Positions 1 to 12,963 of a DNA stretch of 64,000 nt are shown piece by piece; position 1 is the first letter of the stretch; the number at the start of each line of letters is the position of its first letter. This stretch comes from Ginglymostoma cirratum. Taxonomy: Eukaryota. The stretch lies in NCBI GenBank assembly GCA_024137785.1, contig JAHRHZ010000133.1, positions 31,664,772-31,728,771 of the forward strand, in the 5' to 3' direction. The notes under the pieces were generated by a model, which had not been told where the DNA came from, ran no database searches, and was given only the letters and a program-made list of their open reading frames with translations. A program made the position numbers and the translations under genes.

Positions 1-85
1 GATCAAGGGTCTAGGCCCGAAACATCAAGCTTTCCTGCTCCTATGATGCTGCTTGGCCTGCTGTGTTCATCCAGCTCCACACCTT
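1..85 (+). mobile_element. Penelope-like pLTR fragment (family A)
   Basis: AAGGGTCTAGGCCCGAAAC...TTTCCTGCTCC...GGCCTGCTGTGTTCATCCAGCTCCACAC, shared with the copies at 27820, 47380 and 62100-62690. Confidence 0.75.
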
Positions 86-239
86 CTTAAGCTAGACAGC
101 ATGTTGTTACGCACTAATAACAATTATCTTCAACAAGTCATGCAAATAGCATAATTTGTTCAAGACAGGACAGTCTGATGCAAGTAATTTAAGATTCCTA
201 CTGATATTAATAGTGAGGAAAAGATAACAAGAATGAAGA

Positions 240-404
240 CATATATACTCTTCCAACAGACTCTTTGTGCTGTCTCGCTGCACCTGACAAATGGGTTGCA
301 CTCTGAAAGCTTGTGATCCACTTAAACCTGTTGGACTATAACCTGGTGTAGTGTGACTTTTGACTTTGTCCACCCCAGCACCAGCACCTCCACCTCCACA
401 TCAT
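240..404 (+). mobile_element. Penelope-like pLTR remnant (family B) with decayed hammerhead at 281-315
   Basis: CAC-CTGACAA...GAAAGCTT-GTG followed by AAACCTGTTGGACTATAACCTGGTG, a tail I recall from shark PLE-type repeats. Confidence 0.6.
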
Positions 405-989
405 AGATGTTCTTCTAACAATAGATACCAAATACAACTGTTCACTCAGGTCACTACTTTGGGACAATCATTTTTAAAACTGATTTTTCAAACACTTGTT
501 TCTCCGGTTTTCCATCTTCCTTCTCTCCTTATCATCTCTGGAGACAATAGTAACGTGGAGAAACAGCCTTCCAAGTGATCATGTGGCAGCCTGGACAGTA
601 AAAGGCAAAAAGCAGTTGAATTAATAGGGTCTTTAGTCAGTCCATCCTGACTGTCCAAAAACCCACCAGGGGTTGCTGAAGAGTGGTCAGTAGCGAACAC
701 GTGCTCACCTTGACTTTTAGCTGTGACTGAGACGCCAAATCACACAACGACTTGTTTAAAAATACAGTTGGTCCATTCTGTGGCTCACTGTCACCCCAAG
801 GCGGTACTGCACGTCCAGTGTTGAAAATGTAAGCGCTCTCTTGCTAAATTCTATGCAGCCGACGTGTTTCGAAATCTAAAATGATTCTGCCTAAAAGATT
901 TATGAGAGTTATCCACACGTTCAGTAACCAGTGGACACATTCGTCCGTTGTGCACGGCGGGCGGGGGGATGGGAACGGGTGTCACGGAG

Positions 990-1200
990 AAAATACTTCG
1001 GGTGCTGGAAATCTGAAATGAAACCAGAAAATGCTGCAAGTGCTGAGGGGGTCGGGCGATAGCTGCCCGTGAGTTTGAAACACAGTCAGTTAAAGTCTCG
1101 GGGCGATTAAAAATCATAATCTAGAGATATCGGCTCTTCCCCGTCTCTCCAGGCGCTGCGTGGTCTGTCGAGTGTTTTACTTTTTTTTCCTTTCCAGAGG
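990..1200. mobile_element. Decayed fold-back PLE-derived repeat (family C)
   Basis: TGCTGGAAATCTGAAATGAAACCAGAAAATGCTG, related to the copies at 20135, 33095 and 49280. Confidence 0.5.
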
Positions 1201-1302
1201 TTAGTGTTCGACTGAATTGGGAGCTTCCTCGCTCCTCACATACAGAAACTTCTGGGTTTTCGGTTAAAAAAAAATGTCAACAAGAGCGGCCCCTGGAGGT
1301 GA

Positions 1303-1314
1303 GGTGACGTCACC
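1303..1314. promoter_or_regulatory. Full CRE (TGACGTCA, 1305-1312) inside a 12-bp palindrome GGTGACGTCACC
   Basis: Exact CREB/ATF consensus about 500 bp upstream of the FBXO33 ATG, inside the CpG island. Confidence 0.55.
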
Positions 1315-1811
1315 GGACCGCAGCCGCGAGGCTGTAAACAGGTTTGGGCCGGCTCACTCGGCCAGACTGGGAGGGGAGCGAGCTCCGTCATCAACATCAA
1401 AAACAACCCATTCACTGCAGCTTCACCTTAACCTGGAATCGGAGACGGGAACGCAGTTATCAGTCATCCATGCATTCACTATATTTGTGGGAGGTCGTCG
1501 CAATTTTTGACGACTGAAGTGCCAAGAGCCGGTTTCATCATACTCCTCCTTCCCTGCCCACCACCCCGTCCACCCGATTACCCTCCCAGCGCAGCAGCCA
1601 GGTGGAAGTTCCCGGCCTATTTCCGGTGGAAGGCCCAAAGCCACGAGCGGAGATAAAACATCGGCGGCGGCGGAGGCTTGAGGCAGCGAGAGGGATGAGA
1701 GGAGGCGGTTCTGCGGCCTGGGCTGCTGAGCGCAGGGACAGACACAGACACAGCCGGAGCCAGCAACAGCAACAGCAGCAGCAAAATTAAAGCAGGCTTC
1801 CAGCCCGGGCG

Positions 1812-2248
1812 ATGGCTCTGTGCGGGGCGTCAGCGGCCGTGGCCGAGGTTCTGCCGTGCGAAGTCATCGTTCACATCTTCTCCTTTCTGTCCCCCTGGGA
1901 CCGGCTCCGGGCCTCATCCGTCTGCTCCAGGTGGCGAGAGTGCCTCTTCTACCCGTCCCTGTGGCCCGAGCTGCGGCTTCGCCTGCGCGGCTCGGACGCC
2001 GAGCGCTGCCGCCTCGACTTCCTCATGAAGAAATGCGGCTCGTTCGTGCGGGAGCTGCGGGTGGAGTTCGAGGGCAGCGGCTCCGAGAGCGCAGCGGAGT
2101 TGGGTACCGGGGAGCTGGTCACCCTCAAGGCCTACGTGGATGAGATGGTGTGTGTCTTGAGGAGTGTCCGGACCAATCGCAATCTGCAGAAGCTGAGCGT
2201 TTTCGGAGACATCTACCTGCAGGAGCAGGGGGAGAAGCAACCACCCGT
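1812..2248 (+). CDS. FBXO33: FBXO33 coding exon 1 (F-box); 3' end uncertain (2248-2290)
   Basis: ATG in good context (gcgATGg) and an F-box motif. The next exon needs a phase-2 donor; the nearest candidates are GTTGGT at 2249 or GTGGGG at 2291. Confidence 0.8.
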
Positions 2249-5200
2249 GTTGGTTTCGGGGAAAAACTGTGTGGTGGGGGGGGGGGGGGGGTGGGGGGGT
2301 TGGGGGCGGGCGCTGGTGTGTGTGAGGGAGCAAAGTAACGGTTGATCACAGTCATTCCAGTAAACCAACAAACATAAGGGAAGGAAATAAGTGGGAGAGT
2401 TTCGAGGCTGGAGAGTGCAGGAAGGTTCCCCCGCAATGCCATTTTGTAACAAATACCGTTTAGTTTGTCGATCCTCCGCTTTTCCACCGTCATCTTTAAT
2501 TTGCATAATTCCCGAGAGAGGAATTTGTTGCGAAGTGATGTTGCTTGATTCACTGCATGTAACCTTTGCAGACAAGATCGGGCTGAAAAGCTCAATGGAG
2601 TGTGTGTTGCAACAGTTTAATGCTTTTGAGATTCATAACCGCCCTCTCACCAGCCACACACGTTTTCTGTCTTTGCGTCCCCCTCATCACATGTGCCCAG
2701 TTTAATGTTTTAATCTCCAAAAGCGCTGTTTAACTCGGAGGAGTTTTGTAATCCTAACGTAAACCCGATTTAATTAGATTGCTTCGCAGATGCTTTCCAT
2801 GAAGCTTGTTGTGTAATTGTCTATTTTTAATATGGTCATTTACTATGGTATACCCCTTCTATTTTGCCTCAGATTATCTAATTTTTCTTTCGAAAGAAAA
2901 TCCCCTGCTCTTAATGCATCTTTTAGGAATTGGGACTGTATGTTAATAGTTGTTGCCACACGGGTTTGCTTGGCTATCTTTTCCAATGTTTACCAATTTC
3001 TAACCCAGTGTCTTCTGTATGTAAATCAGTGTAAGGATCCTCCCAATCAGTAGCGTACTACCCATAGTATATTGTCATGAGCAAAATGCGATACCTTCTG
3101 GAAGTCTGAAATAGAATGCGAGGCCACACTCTGCATATCTTGTAGCATTTGTGCAGAGAATGGTTAATGTTTTGGACTGCTGATCTTTCCTTGTTTTTGA
3201 ATAGAATTTCTGCAAAAGTACAATTAAACTTTTTTTATTCACTTTGTGGGTTAGAGCAGCGCTGGCTGAGCAGCCTTTATTGCCTGGGGGCAATTGAGTC
3301 AACCATATTGCTGTGGCTCTGGAGTCACATGTAAGCCAGACCAAGTAAGAATGACAATTTCCTTCCCTAAAGGCTGTTAGTGAACCAGATGGGTTTGACT
3401 AACAATTGAGAATGGATTCATTGTCATAAGTCTCTTAATTCCAGATTTTTTTCAAAAATTGAATTCCAATCCCACCATCTGCTATATGATTCTATGGTGG
3501 AGTTCGAACACAGGTCACCAGAACACTTTCTAGGTTTTGAGATTAACAGTCGAGCCCTATACCACTAGGCCATCACCTTTCCCCTTTTCATTGCTGCAGT
3601 TATACCTTGCAGTGTCCATGGATTAGAGAAGGCCTCCAGAGTACAAATACATTTTTGAACTTTCTAGAGCCACCCATGTGTGCGTAATTATGATGAGAAG
3701 CATGCAACCAGTAATTCCGTAGATCCCACATGTTCTAACTCTTATCACCACCCTGTTGTGAAGTGTGCTGAAAATCAATCTCCACTATCCATTAGTCATA
3801 TCAAATTTGAATTATGATCAATCTTAATATGTAAGATGGTTAATGCCTGACTGACCATTGTCAAACTTATTCTGGGTTTCACAATTAAGAAAAAATATAT
3901 ATTTATGTCAAACCTGCCCTGTAATGTGGCAAAAATAGATCATTGATTACTGATATTCAATCTTAAACTATGCTCCTTAAACACACACACGTTTTGTACA
4001 CAGGATGGACGAGACAGATGAGAAACATTCTGTGAATATCATGAGTAGAAAACATAGGTAAGGTGCAAGTTTTGTGGATCAGATTCCAAACCAGTATAAT
4101 GGAAGGAGATGACTTTCTCTCAATTTTGGTGATTATCATGCCGTGTTAACTGCTGCAGTGCTCAGTTTCATAGCTGGTCACTTGAACCTAGGCTTTGGTT
4201 GAAATTGAAGTTTCCTGGGGTTTTTTGTGAGTGTTACATAACACTCAGACTTCCAGTTGTGTGATCTCCTTTTTCCGTTCAATGACAAATTGCCACTTAA
4301 ACCAATCCAAACCAGGTTGCTGGGCCGTTATTCATTTCCAAAGATGAGTGGAAGATTTTCTTCACTTTAAGATCAGGTGTGATTAATGCATAGCAGAAGA
4401 TCAGGATCGTGTGGAGTATTTTAATCAGATTAAGCTTTAGTTGCTTTAACTATAGGTTGAATTTTTATTGGACAGTGCAGAAAGAATACTTGTTTTTATA
4501 TAGCTTTTGTGAATGACATGGGGATATGTCAGTGTGTCTATAATTGAGCTAAGAATTTGATTTGACATCTTCTGTTTCATACCTGTGGGGTGACCAACTT
4601 TAAGTTCTCTTAAAAACTAGCTTTTCTCAACTGAACAATTTTTTTATTGCCCTGGATTTTATTCATTGTGCCATGTAATTAACCTTTACAGGAATAGCTG
4701 GTTATTTTGAAAATTAGTGGGCACTAAATACATTGAACAGTGGGCACTGAAGCCAAGTGTTGCTCTGTCATCCAAATGTTGTTCTTTTTGGTTTCAATAT
4801 GAAGATGGCTTTTATGTGAAAACTTAGCATATGCATTAGCATTTTCTGGTAATTCTTCAGTCCCAAATAGACATCTCAGGATCTAAAGATTTTAAAAGTA
4901 GAATCAAGTTTTGATTCTACTTATCCCCTCTTAGCCCATGATGTTTATAATTTGGTTTTATTTCTAAAAAAAATTCTCATGAAAAATGCCAAAAGTATTA
5001 ACCATATGCTTATACTCTTACCACAAGTAGAGCCACTTAACCAATATTTTAGAGGATAAAATGAATGTTAATTCTATGCTTAACACAAAATCATTTTTAT
5101 GGAATCTGTATAAAATGATTGGATTAAATGTAGAAAGTATTAATATGCAATTAATAGAGAGAGAACTTGACTTTCTTGGATAACTTTTGTATTTTTTCCC

Positions 5201-8200
5201 TTCCCTACCCTTTCTCACTGTTTAATGTTTAACTTGTTTTTCTTATTAACATCTTCTGTCCTCGAATTTCATTTTCTTTTTCTCTTATTTCTATTTTTTT
5301 AGATCGATACTTAAAACAAAAAGTCTGAGCAGATTATTTTTTCCCCTCCCCCCAGTCTGCAGCCATTGGTTCTTCGGTATGCTACAAAATATATTCCGCT
5401 GGTCCAGTTTATGTTAAAAATGTAGTTCTCATACCAGTGGAATTTTTGTCCCTTTTAATAAAGGTAAGGTTTGCTAGGATATCATGTATTAAAGGGCTGT
5501 TGATACAGAAACAGATCAATTTACCATATTTAAAGAAGCTACCTGCTACATTAAAGGAAGTGGGTTTGAGAATTAGCATATTTTCAGGTGGCTGTTGAAG
5601 CAAAGCATCAGCTTTGAAAAGAAGCAAACACCAAGTGCAATAATTTTTTTTTTTTTTTTTGAAACAATGCCAAAGAATTGACCTATAGTTGGAAAGTGTT
5701 GACAAAATTGTTTGCAAATCAAAATGCTGGTTTTGGGCTTGATACCATGTGACATCTCTTCCAAGTATGGAAAACCACAATTAGCAATTAAATTATATAC
5801 TTCCCTTCTCAAAGTACAAGAGAATCAGTTAGGAGTTGTGGAATAGTTATTTTGGAACAGTTTTTAGAGGCTAAGAAGTAAACCTTTGATTGAAAAGGCT
5901 ATTGTGTATGTTTGTTGCTATGGTTAGTTTCAGGGTGTGTGGGATAAGATTGAATTGCATATTTGCATATCTGCAGGTTTTCTCCAGTGAGTGGTTGTGC
6001 TATAAGGAGTATGGATGGCAACTGCAGTACAGCAGAGCATTTAGCCCTGATAGTTTAAGATTCCTCAGGAGCTTACATTTACTTTGGAGGTTTGGCTTGG
6101 TTGGTTGCCTTATCATGTAACCTGGTGATTTGAGACACAGTACAATGGGATTTGCACCCAGTTCTTCCTCTAGCTTTTTTTGCTTTGGTGTTTGAGCAGA
6201 TGGAAGGCATTTCCCTAGGAGGCTGGAAAAGTACCAGAAACAGCATTTAGGCTATCATTGCTTTGTCACTGCTTTACCTGCAAATTGGTGGCTTTTGTAG
6301 CCACTTGGTAGTAATAGGTTTGTTTATTTAATTACCAAATGTGGGTGGATTTGAAAGGAGAACAATTCAAGAATTAATGGTATGTCTTACAGAATTTCAT
6401 TCCCCTGATGCAAGTATTAATCTGTGCTGTATATTTTTGAAATAACTGCCTAAAACCAGGTATGATCCTGCTTGTCAGTTTGTAAAAATGACACAGCCAT
6501 ATGCTTTATGGGCTGTAACTGCCACTTTCTTTCACTACTGGTAAGTATTATTCTGGTAATTAAATAAATGATTTGTTTTGAGACATTGCAACTGAAAATT
6601 GTTGAACTCCAAATAAGTGTCTCAGGAAATAGCGCAAAGATTTTAAAAAAGAGTGCAACTTAAATCACTTGAGTGTTTTGAATAAGCAGTCTACATGGGG
6701 AACAGATTATTTTGACTTAAAGTATTATGCCAGCTTGGACCCAACTTTTAAAGAAATTTCCTGTTCTATCTTTAAGCAGTTTTTTACTGTCTGATTTGAA
6801 GCTACATTCTCAGCTCCTTCACTGTCTGGTATTGTTTCAATTGGTGTCACTTTTTTTTGATTTAACTGAAGTTTCTCAACCTCTGACTTCCCCAGAGTTG
6901 ATTAAAATTTCTATTCGTGTTGTCTATCATAAAGACACCACATTTCCAAAAGAACATCATTAAAGTGAATGGTAAAGTGAGAGAAGTTACCAAATTGGGT
7001 GATTATTTTTTCTTCTCTTAGGGAGACCATAAGAGCATAGTGAGATTTGTAATTGTGGACTGTTTTGGATAAAATGGAAACTGTCAATTTAAACTGGATT
7101 ACTGTGAGATACCAAGGAAAGTTCAACATCTGGAAACTACAACCTAGATTAGTGTAGTAATTTGACTATCAGTTTAATAATGGAATAAGCTCATCTTAAT
7201 TGTGAATTGTGGTCTTTTTTTTTAAAAAAGTCTGAAGTTAAATAGAATTGGCTATAAACTAAATTTTTTTTTCTGATAAAGCAAATGTGCAGTTGCCAGT
7301 TAGGAGCTGCTTGGCTTTCCTGTTTGTTCCTACTGTTTCCAATATAATATGCATTCTGTCCCAAACAGCCTCTATGGAGGGAGTTTAAGATGATTCTGGG
7401 GCTTTGGACTTGCAAATCTAATTGCTGGTAATGGCTAGAAATGTAGCAAATGTAATGCTTTTGTTTATTGCAGAATCCAACAATTGATTGAAGAGGTATT
7501 GGGAAATTCCAAACATCTGAAATGGCTCTCCCTTGGGTTTATGATGGAGGTAGTAACTCCCACAACATTAGCAGCCTTGCCTCAGTCCAGTGCCAACTGC
7601 ATTGAACACCTGAGTCTCCTGGATACCCATTTTATTAATAAATCCCCAGTTGTTGAGGCAGTTGAGCTGGAGCGCTTTTTAAACCTGCGATCGCTTGCAT
7701 TGGATTTCTGCGATTTTACTGCTGACGTGACACGAGTACTCGCCAACAGCAACCATGTGCCTTTGCATAGGTTGTCTCTCTTGATGTCCAACATACATGC
7801 TTTAGATAACATGCCACAAGATGCAGATTGGAAGGTGCTTACCAGGCACTGTGCAAATCTTCATGTTTACATCATGGCTTTTAATGTCAGGAATGACATT
7901 TTACTAAGAATTCTGAAGCCGAGCATACCTTTAGAGAGAATTCACTTTGACAGCTCAACTAATGGTATTTCAGGTGATGTGGTAGATCTCATAACCCAGC
8001 AGTATAACAAATCCCTTACCCACCTCCTCCTCATAAAGGATGTAGAGCAAGGCATCAATGGTTTTCCAGATGTCGGCAGCGACCGAAATGAAGACCCTAT
8101 GGTAATTTTGGCATGGAAGTGTAGAAAACTGTCTCACCTCTCAATCCATGGTAAGCACTTTTTGTATTTGATTACTTCATTGTATTAATATTAGTGAATT

Positions 8201-9197
8201 AAATACATTTCCTTTGACTTGAATGTGTATATTTAGTGTTTGAATATGATTTTGCACGTTGAGGCTGAGGTTATAGAATGCATAACCGTAAAAGGAAAGC
8301 AATAAGCAATGTCACAAACCTGAGTGAAGTTGAAGTTCAATGCAAAGGCAGATCTTTGTGTGACTGAAATTGTCATGTAAAGTTTGAGACAGTGCTGCAA
8401 CATACGCTTACTAAAATGAAATGCAGTTTCTGGGAAATTACTGAACTGTCTTATTGTTTTGTGCATTCTACCTGTCACACATTACCTGATGTGTAAAGTA
8501 CACGTTTTGATAATAGGCACTTTATGGACACTGCACTAGTGAAGTTTTACACAGCATCCTTATGATAAGTCACTGTCATCCTGAATTATGAAATTCTTTA
8601 TGTAACCATATGCCCTCAAGTAACTAGATTAATGAGCCAAACTCCCTTTCAGTTGGGTGGTGCATTAGTAACTGCTTTGAATTTGAATTCCATAAAAGCT
8701 TGTGTAGGATGTTTTCAGTATTTTTGTGTAAGGTAAATTGGTTTCAAGAATAGCAGAACTTTACTGTAGACCAGTTTGGTTTGTTTTCTCTTTATTAAAA
8801 CAGCATGAACTACAGCTTAGATGTGTTTTTCTTTGGAAATCAGTAAACTTTGGATAAACTTGCAGTCTTTAACTTGTAACTTTTACATTTGCACTCAGTA
8901 ACGTTTGTCTTTTCAATTTACAATCTAGGATATGTTGTTTGGGCCCACAATCTCATTGCAATCGCTCGGCTTCGTGGACCAGGACTGCAAGTCCTGGAGG
9001 TCACTGAGGAAAGCATTAATTTTGATGCTGCGATGACTCCCCTGGATGGGGATCCTATGCATAATCTCATCGAAGAAGTATCCTTAGGTTTGGGAAAACG
9101 GTGGCATCCAGTAATGAAAAATGAAATTCTTTATGTTTTCAGTGAGACTGCTCGTTATTTTTACAAGGAGATGCAGCGCTTCAGTGAAGGCATTTAG
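1812..9197 (+). CDS. FBXO33: F-box only protein 33, gene span; coding exons 1812..~2248 (donor uncertain), 7474..8150, 8929..9197
   Basis: N-terminal F-box (LPCEVIVHIFSFLSPWDRLRASSVCSRWRECL). Continuous similarity to recalled human FBXO33 (MALCG; RNLQKLSVFGDI; IQQL.EE; SLALDFCDFTA; ILKPSIPLERIHFDS; WAHNLIAIARLRG; EMQRFSEGI*). Convergent with MIA2, as recalled for human. Confidence 0.95.
3270..3578 (-). mobile_element. tRNA-derived SINE (SacSINE1/DeuSINE-like)
   Basis: Closely similar to 35178-35508 and (reverse) 49812-50085; B-box GTTCGAAC and A-box TGGCCTAGTGG on - strand. Confidence 0.75.
7474..8150 (+). CDS. FBXO33: FBXO33 coding exon 2 (leucine-rich region)
   Basis: Acceptor ttgtttattgcag|A at 7473/7474; open frame IQQLIEEV...LSIHG; phase-1 donor G|GTAAGC at 8150/8151. 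Confidence 0.95.
8929..9197 (+). CDS. FBXO33: FBXO33 last coding exon
   Basis: Acceptor caatctag|GA at 8928/8929 matches phase 1; reads GYVVWAHNLIAIARLRG...FSEGI; TAG at 9195-9197. Confidence 0.95.
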
Positions 9198-10179
9198 CAT
9201 TTCAAAACTTGTGTATTAGAGGGCCCTGCATTTTCAATAACTTAACATTTACATGTGCTGTTAATTAGTATTAGTTTATATATAAAGTGTGTATCCTGCT
9301 TAATCTGTAAATGTAGTTGGTATTGGTTTAGAAGTAGATGTGGCAAGAGTCACTGGATTTTCTCTGTCAGCGCCTGTGTCAACTGCCAAAGAAAACAGAA
9401 TGAAGAAGTGCCCACATGCTGGCAGGGGCAGGCCAATGGCTGGTCAGCCAGAACCTACGAGTTTAAAAGGTCGAATTTTCGACCTGCGGTACACAGCTGT
9501 GCTGTGGCTCAGTCAACAACTTTACAGCTCTTAAACGAACGTGCACCTGGTTCACTGTGAATAGTGAATACAAAAAATCAGTTCTAACAAAGCTATGAGC
9601 TGCTGCTATGATTTTGAGAACATTCCACTAGGATAACTTAAATCTTGTTAAAGCAAGAGGCTTTAAAAGCCGCAATGTTCAGGGCAACCGCGGGTACAGT
9701 CGTGGTCTCTGTGAGACTAGCACCTGACCCCAGTTTTAAGTGGTACGAATGTTGTGCATTTAATGTAAGGACAGCCAGTATTACTCAGTGTGGCCATCAT
9801 GCTGCCCAGCAGTGCTGTGACCTGGCTGCTTTGTATAAGCTTGTAAAACAAATTTACTGTATGCAACATATGTCAAGATTCTATTTATGAAGAAAGTGTG
9901 AGTGGTGATTGTTTCAAATGGTTTTACCATCTTGTGTCAATGATGCGTTTTGACAGGTGTGCATTATGTTGCATGTCTCCAGTGATTAATGCACTTACCA
10001 TGCGGATTTTATATGTACATCTGTAGAGTGGATCCACTGGTGCAATGTATGAAAATGCCAGATGTGGTGAGATTTTATCATTGAATGAGATCATATGAAA
10101 TACTGACAGAAAATGTGAGGAAAGCAGTTGAATGTTAAATTAATGTTTAAGTTTGTGACTGTTTATTGTTTAATCTATC

Positions 10180-10185
10180 AATAAA
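10180..10185 (+). terminator. Candidate FBXO33 poly(A) signal AATAAA
   Basis: AATAAA about 1 kb after the stop, followed by T/GT-rich sequence. Confidence 0.45.
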
Positions 10186-11974
10186 GCATTCAAATTACTT
10201 AATGTTTAGTGCTAAAGTTTTGGGAATTTACGATAAAGTTGAGCTATTATGTACACTGCAAAAAAAAAAATGCATGTGCTGACAGTAAAATACATTGGTT
10301 TTAAAAGTTTAGTCTTTTGCATACATAATACTGTATTAATATTTGCAGTAAGTGTGGTTACAAGCTAAAACAATTGATTCCTATTCCTTACACCACTTTT
10401 GCTGGAAACTTCTAATGCTCAAAATATTTTCACATCAAATATGAAACTGTATTGCATGTGGGTTTTTAACCATAACTGGGTAAAGTTGCCATTGTCCCAA
10501 AGAACCATAGCAAGAGAGATGACTGAATTTAACCTGATGTCACTGAAGCAGAACCCTCATTGTGACCTCACCCAGTATGCAAATTGAACCTGTGCTATTA
10601 GTCGCTCTACATTGCCGCTCAGCCAGCTGAGCGACCGAACTATCCTACAAAACATTCCATTGCCTTGAACCACAGTTTTGCTGATGGGAAAGATTTGTCA
10701 TTTTTGAAGGTCTGAGAATTCTAGCGCTTGCTGGCTTTTTAAGATCTTCATTTAGTTGGCTGAAGGCAAGGAGAGAACAACAATGCCATTAGCAGCTACT
10801 GGGGGCTTTGGAGCATGTATGGATGCAAAATACACTAAAGTGTGGAGGATAATTATAGCAAGAATAACATGGATTTAGAATTGGTGGGTGGTGCTCTGGT
10901 GTTAATTCTCTTGTTCTAGCTTTTGAATGCACCACTTTATTATACTGTTTCTTGACTGTCACTTGATCAAAAGCTTAGAATACCCTTCCTGATCTATCTT
11001 TTGGTGTAGATATGCCACAGACTGCAGCAGTCAGTTACCTTTTTTAAAAGCAATTATTAGTTTGGCAACAAATATTTGCAGAACAAGCAATTGTTTTCAT
11101 TGTGCAAATGAACAACTTTTGGGTGGGGGGGGGAAACAAAACTGATGTTAGGACTCGGTCTTGGATATATCCAGTACACTTCAGCTGCTTAATGCAGCTC
11201 AGTTTGAATTGCAAACTGGTGTAAGGTCCTGTTACAGATGCCAAATAAGCTAATAGTGATTAATTTTTTGATGTTTGAGAACAAAATCTCTGCAGCTGTA
11301 CCATGGTTTAAGATTGAGTATTTATGGATCCTCTTCTAATTATTGACCAACATAGATGTGTTTTACTGTCAGAACTTGATTGCTTAACTCTTATCTAGCC
11401 TATTCATTGGTGCTTAGCAAACAAGTAACTTTAATAGGCTTGCTCTATCTTTGTCATTACTTCCTACTGAAACAGACTTGAGGTCTCACTTTCAGGGTGG
11501 AGAATTAACTTTCCAGATTCCCTTTTAAATTCATCCACCCACTATTCTTCCTTCTGCAAATGACTGCTTTTTCAGCAGCAGAGATTTTCTGGCCACTATT
11601 GAATTTTCAATCACATGGAAATATTAACTGGGTGCAAAGACACTCTAACTCTAACTTTAAGCAATATCAAGTCTCTGCTTCTTAAAGTTTCTCCACCACT
11701 CACTTTAAATTGGGTTTTTACATTGTTAGCCTTTTTAATTATGAGTTTCAAACAGGTGACCTTTGGAATTGGGTCAGTACCATATCCTCCACTGCTATCT
11801 AACTAAGTAATTAGACAATTTGCTTTTTCCACATTATTTTAACCAATTTGATATCCTACACTGACAGCTAAGATTTGATACATATAAATTTTGACCAACA
11901 GAAATGGCCCACAAGGGGTGGATTTCTTCAGTGTTGTTGTTTTAGTTATTTGACTGCACTTGTTCAGTCACAGT

Positions 11975-12055
11975 CATGACCCACTTCTGGGAGTAGATGG
12001 GACTTGAACCCAGGCCTCCTAGCCCAGAGGTAGGAGCTCTACCACTGTGCTACAA
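11975..12055 (-). mobile_element. Short tRNA-like SINE (~120-bp family)
   Basis: A-box TAGCACAGTGG and B-box GGTTCAAGTCC; same family as 22495, 43955-44880, 50122 and 57961. Confidence 0.6.
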
Positions 12056-12766
12056 AACACGATGTTAAAACAAAGGAATGTTAACCTTTTTCCCCCCCCA
12101 TTCAACAAACTGTCAATAGTTGAAAATGCTTCAAATGGCTATGACAAATGGATTGTAGCTGTAATTTCTAGGATTGGTCCAGGAATACCAGAGCTGGCTT
12201 TAGATAACAAACTGTAGTAGCTTTGAAATGTCAAGGAATCAAATGCCAAGATGAATTCAAGCAGAAACTAATTCATAGAACTAGTCAAAGTTGTAAAATC
12301 CCATAACTGGTCACCTTCATTCCTGTGTACAGATGTCTGTATGAAAAGAATTACACATCTTAAAAAGTTGTTTAAATCAAGCACTTGTCTTATTTTCAGT
12401 ATTTTACAATAAACTTTTATATTCTAAACATTCTTCAAACATTCCTTTTTATATTAGAGTATAAATCTGCATTTACATAAGTGAAACTAAAGACAGCACC
12501 ACATATGGTATTTTCTGGTTAAGATCTCTAGCAGTTCAAACACTGTTTGCTTTTTAAAAAACTCATGAGCATTTACAAAATTCCATACACTACAGCATAC
12601 AATGCTGTAAATAATGCATGTTAAACTATTGTACAAGGGCAAGCAAGTGCACAGTAAAAGTTCAATAAATTCCATGAAGTCTCCTGAGATGTACAACTTG
12701 TAAACAGCACTATTATAAAGTCCATATTAAATATCAATAACAAACAATTAACTTGCAATTCACATC

Positions 12767-12772
12767 TTTATT
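12767..12772 (-). terminator. Candidate proximal MIA2 poly(A) signal (AATAAA on - strand)
   Basis: tttatt on + strand, about 40 nt after the stop; the true 3' end may lie further left. Confidence 0.3.
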
Positions 12773-12811
12773 GACTTAACATGGCCGTAGAGATGCTCCT
12801 TTTTCCCTAAT

Positions 12812-12963
12812 TCACTTTTCTTGTGAGGGGTGATCTGATGTAGAAAACTTGGGTAGGGGCTGTCGAGACGGAAGAAGACCACTTGTAATATCTAAAAGTT
12901 GTCTAGATGGAAGAAACGTAGGCTGAGGTGGTGGGTTTACTCCTGGCTGTACTGGGTCTCTCA
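12812..12963 (-). CDS. MIA2: MIA2 last coding exon (MRDPVQPGVNPPPQP...DHPSQEK*)
   Basis: tttcag| acceptor at phase 1; TGA at 12814-12812. Confidence 0.9.

Larger units (their letters stand above)
940..2330 (+). promoter_or_regulatory. CpG island / FBXO33 promoter and 5' UTR
   Basis: High GC and CpG density against an AT-rich background; ETS-like GGAAGT (1604) and TTCCGG (1621). Confidence 0.75.

Noticed and set aside
1820-2595. Overlapping ORFs on both strands over FBXO33 exon 1
   Set aside because: Expected by-products of GC-rich coding sequence and the G-run; no recognisable domains.
5303-5390. Strong polypyrimidine/AG in FBXO33 intron 1 as a candidate missing exon
   Set aside because: No FBXO33-like peptide and no convincing in-phase donor.
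9469-9486. Small hairpin AGGTCGAA-TT-TTCGACCT in the FBXO33 3' UTR (and a 10-bp one at 4898-4920)
   Set aside because: Short enough to arise by chance; no match to IRE, SECIS or histone stem-loop consensus.
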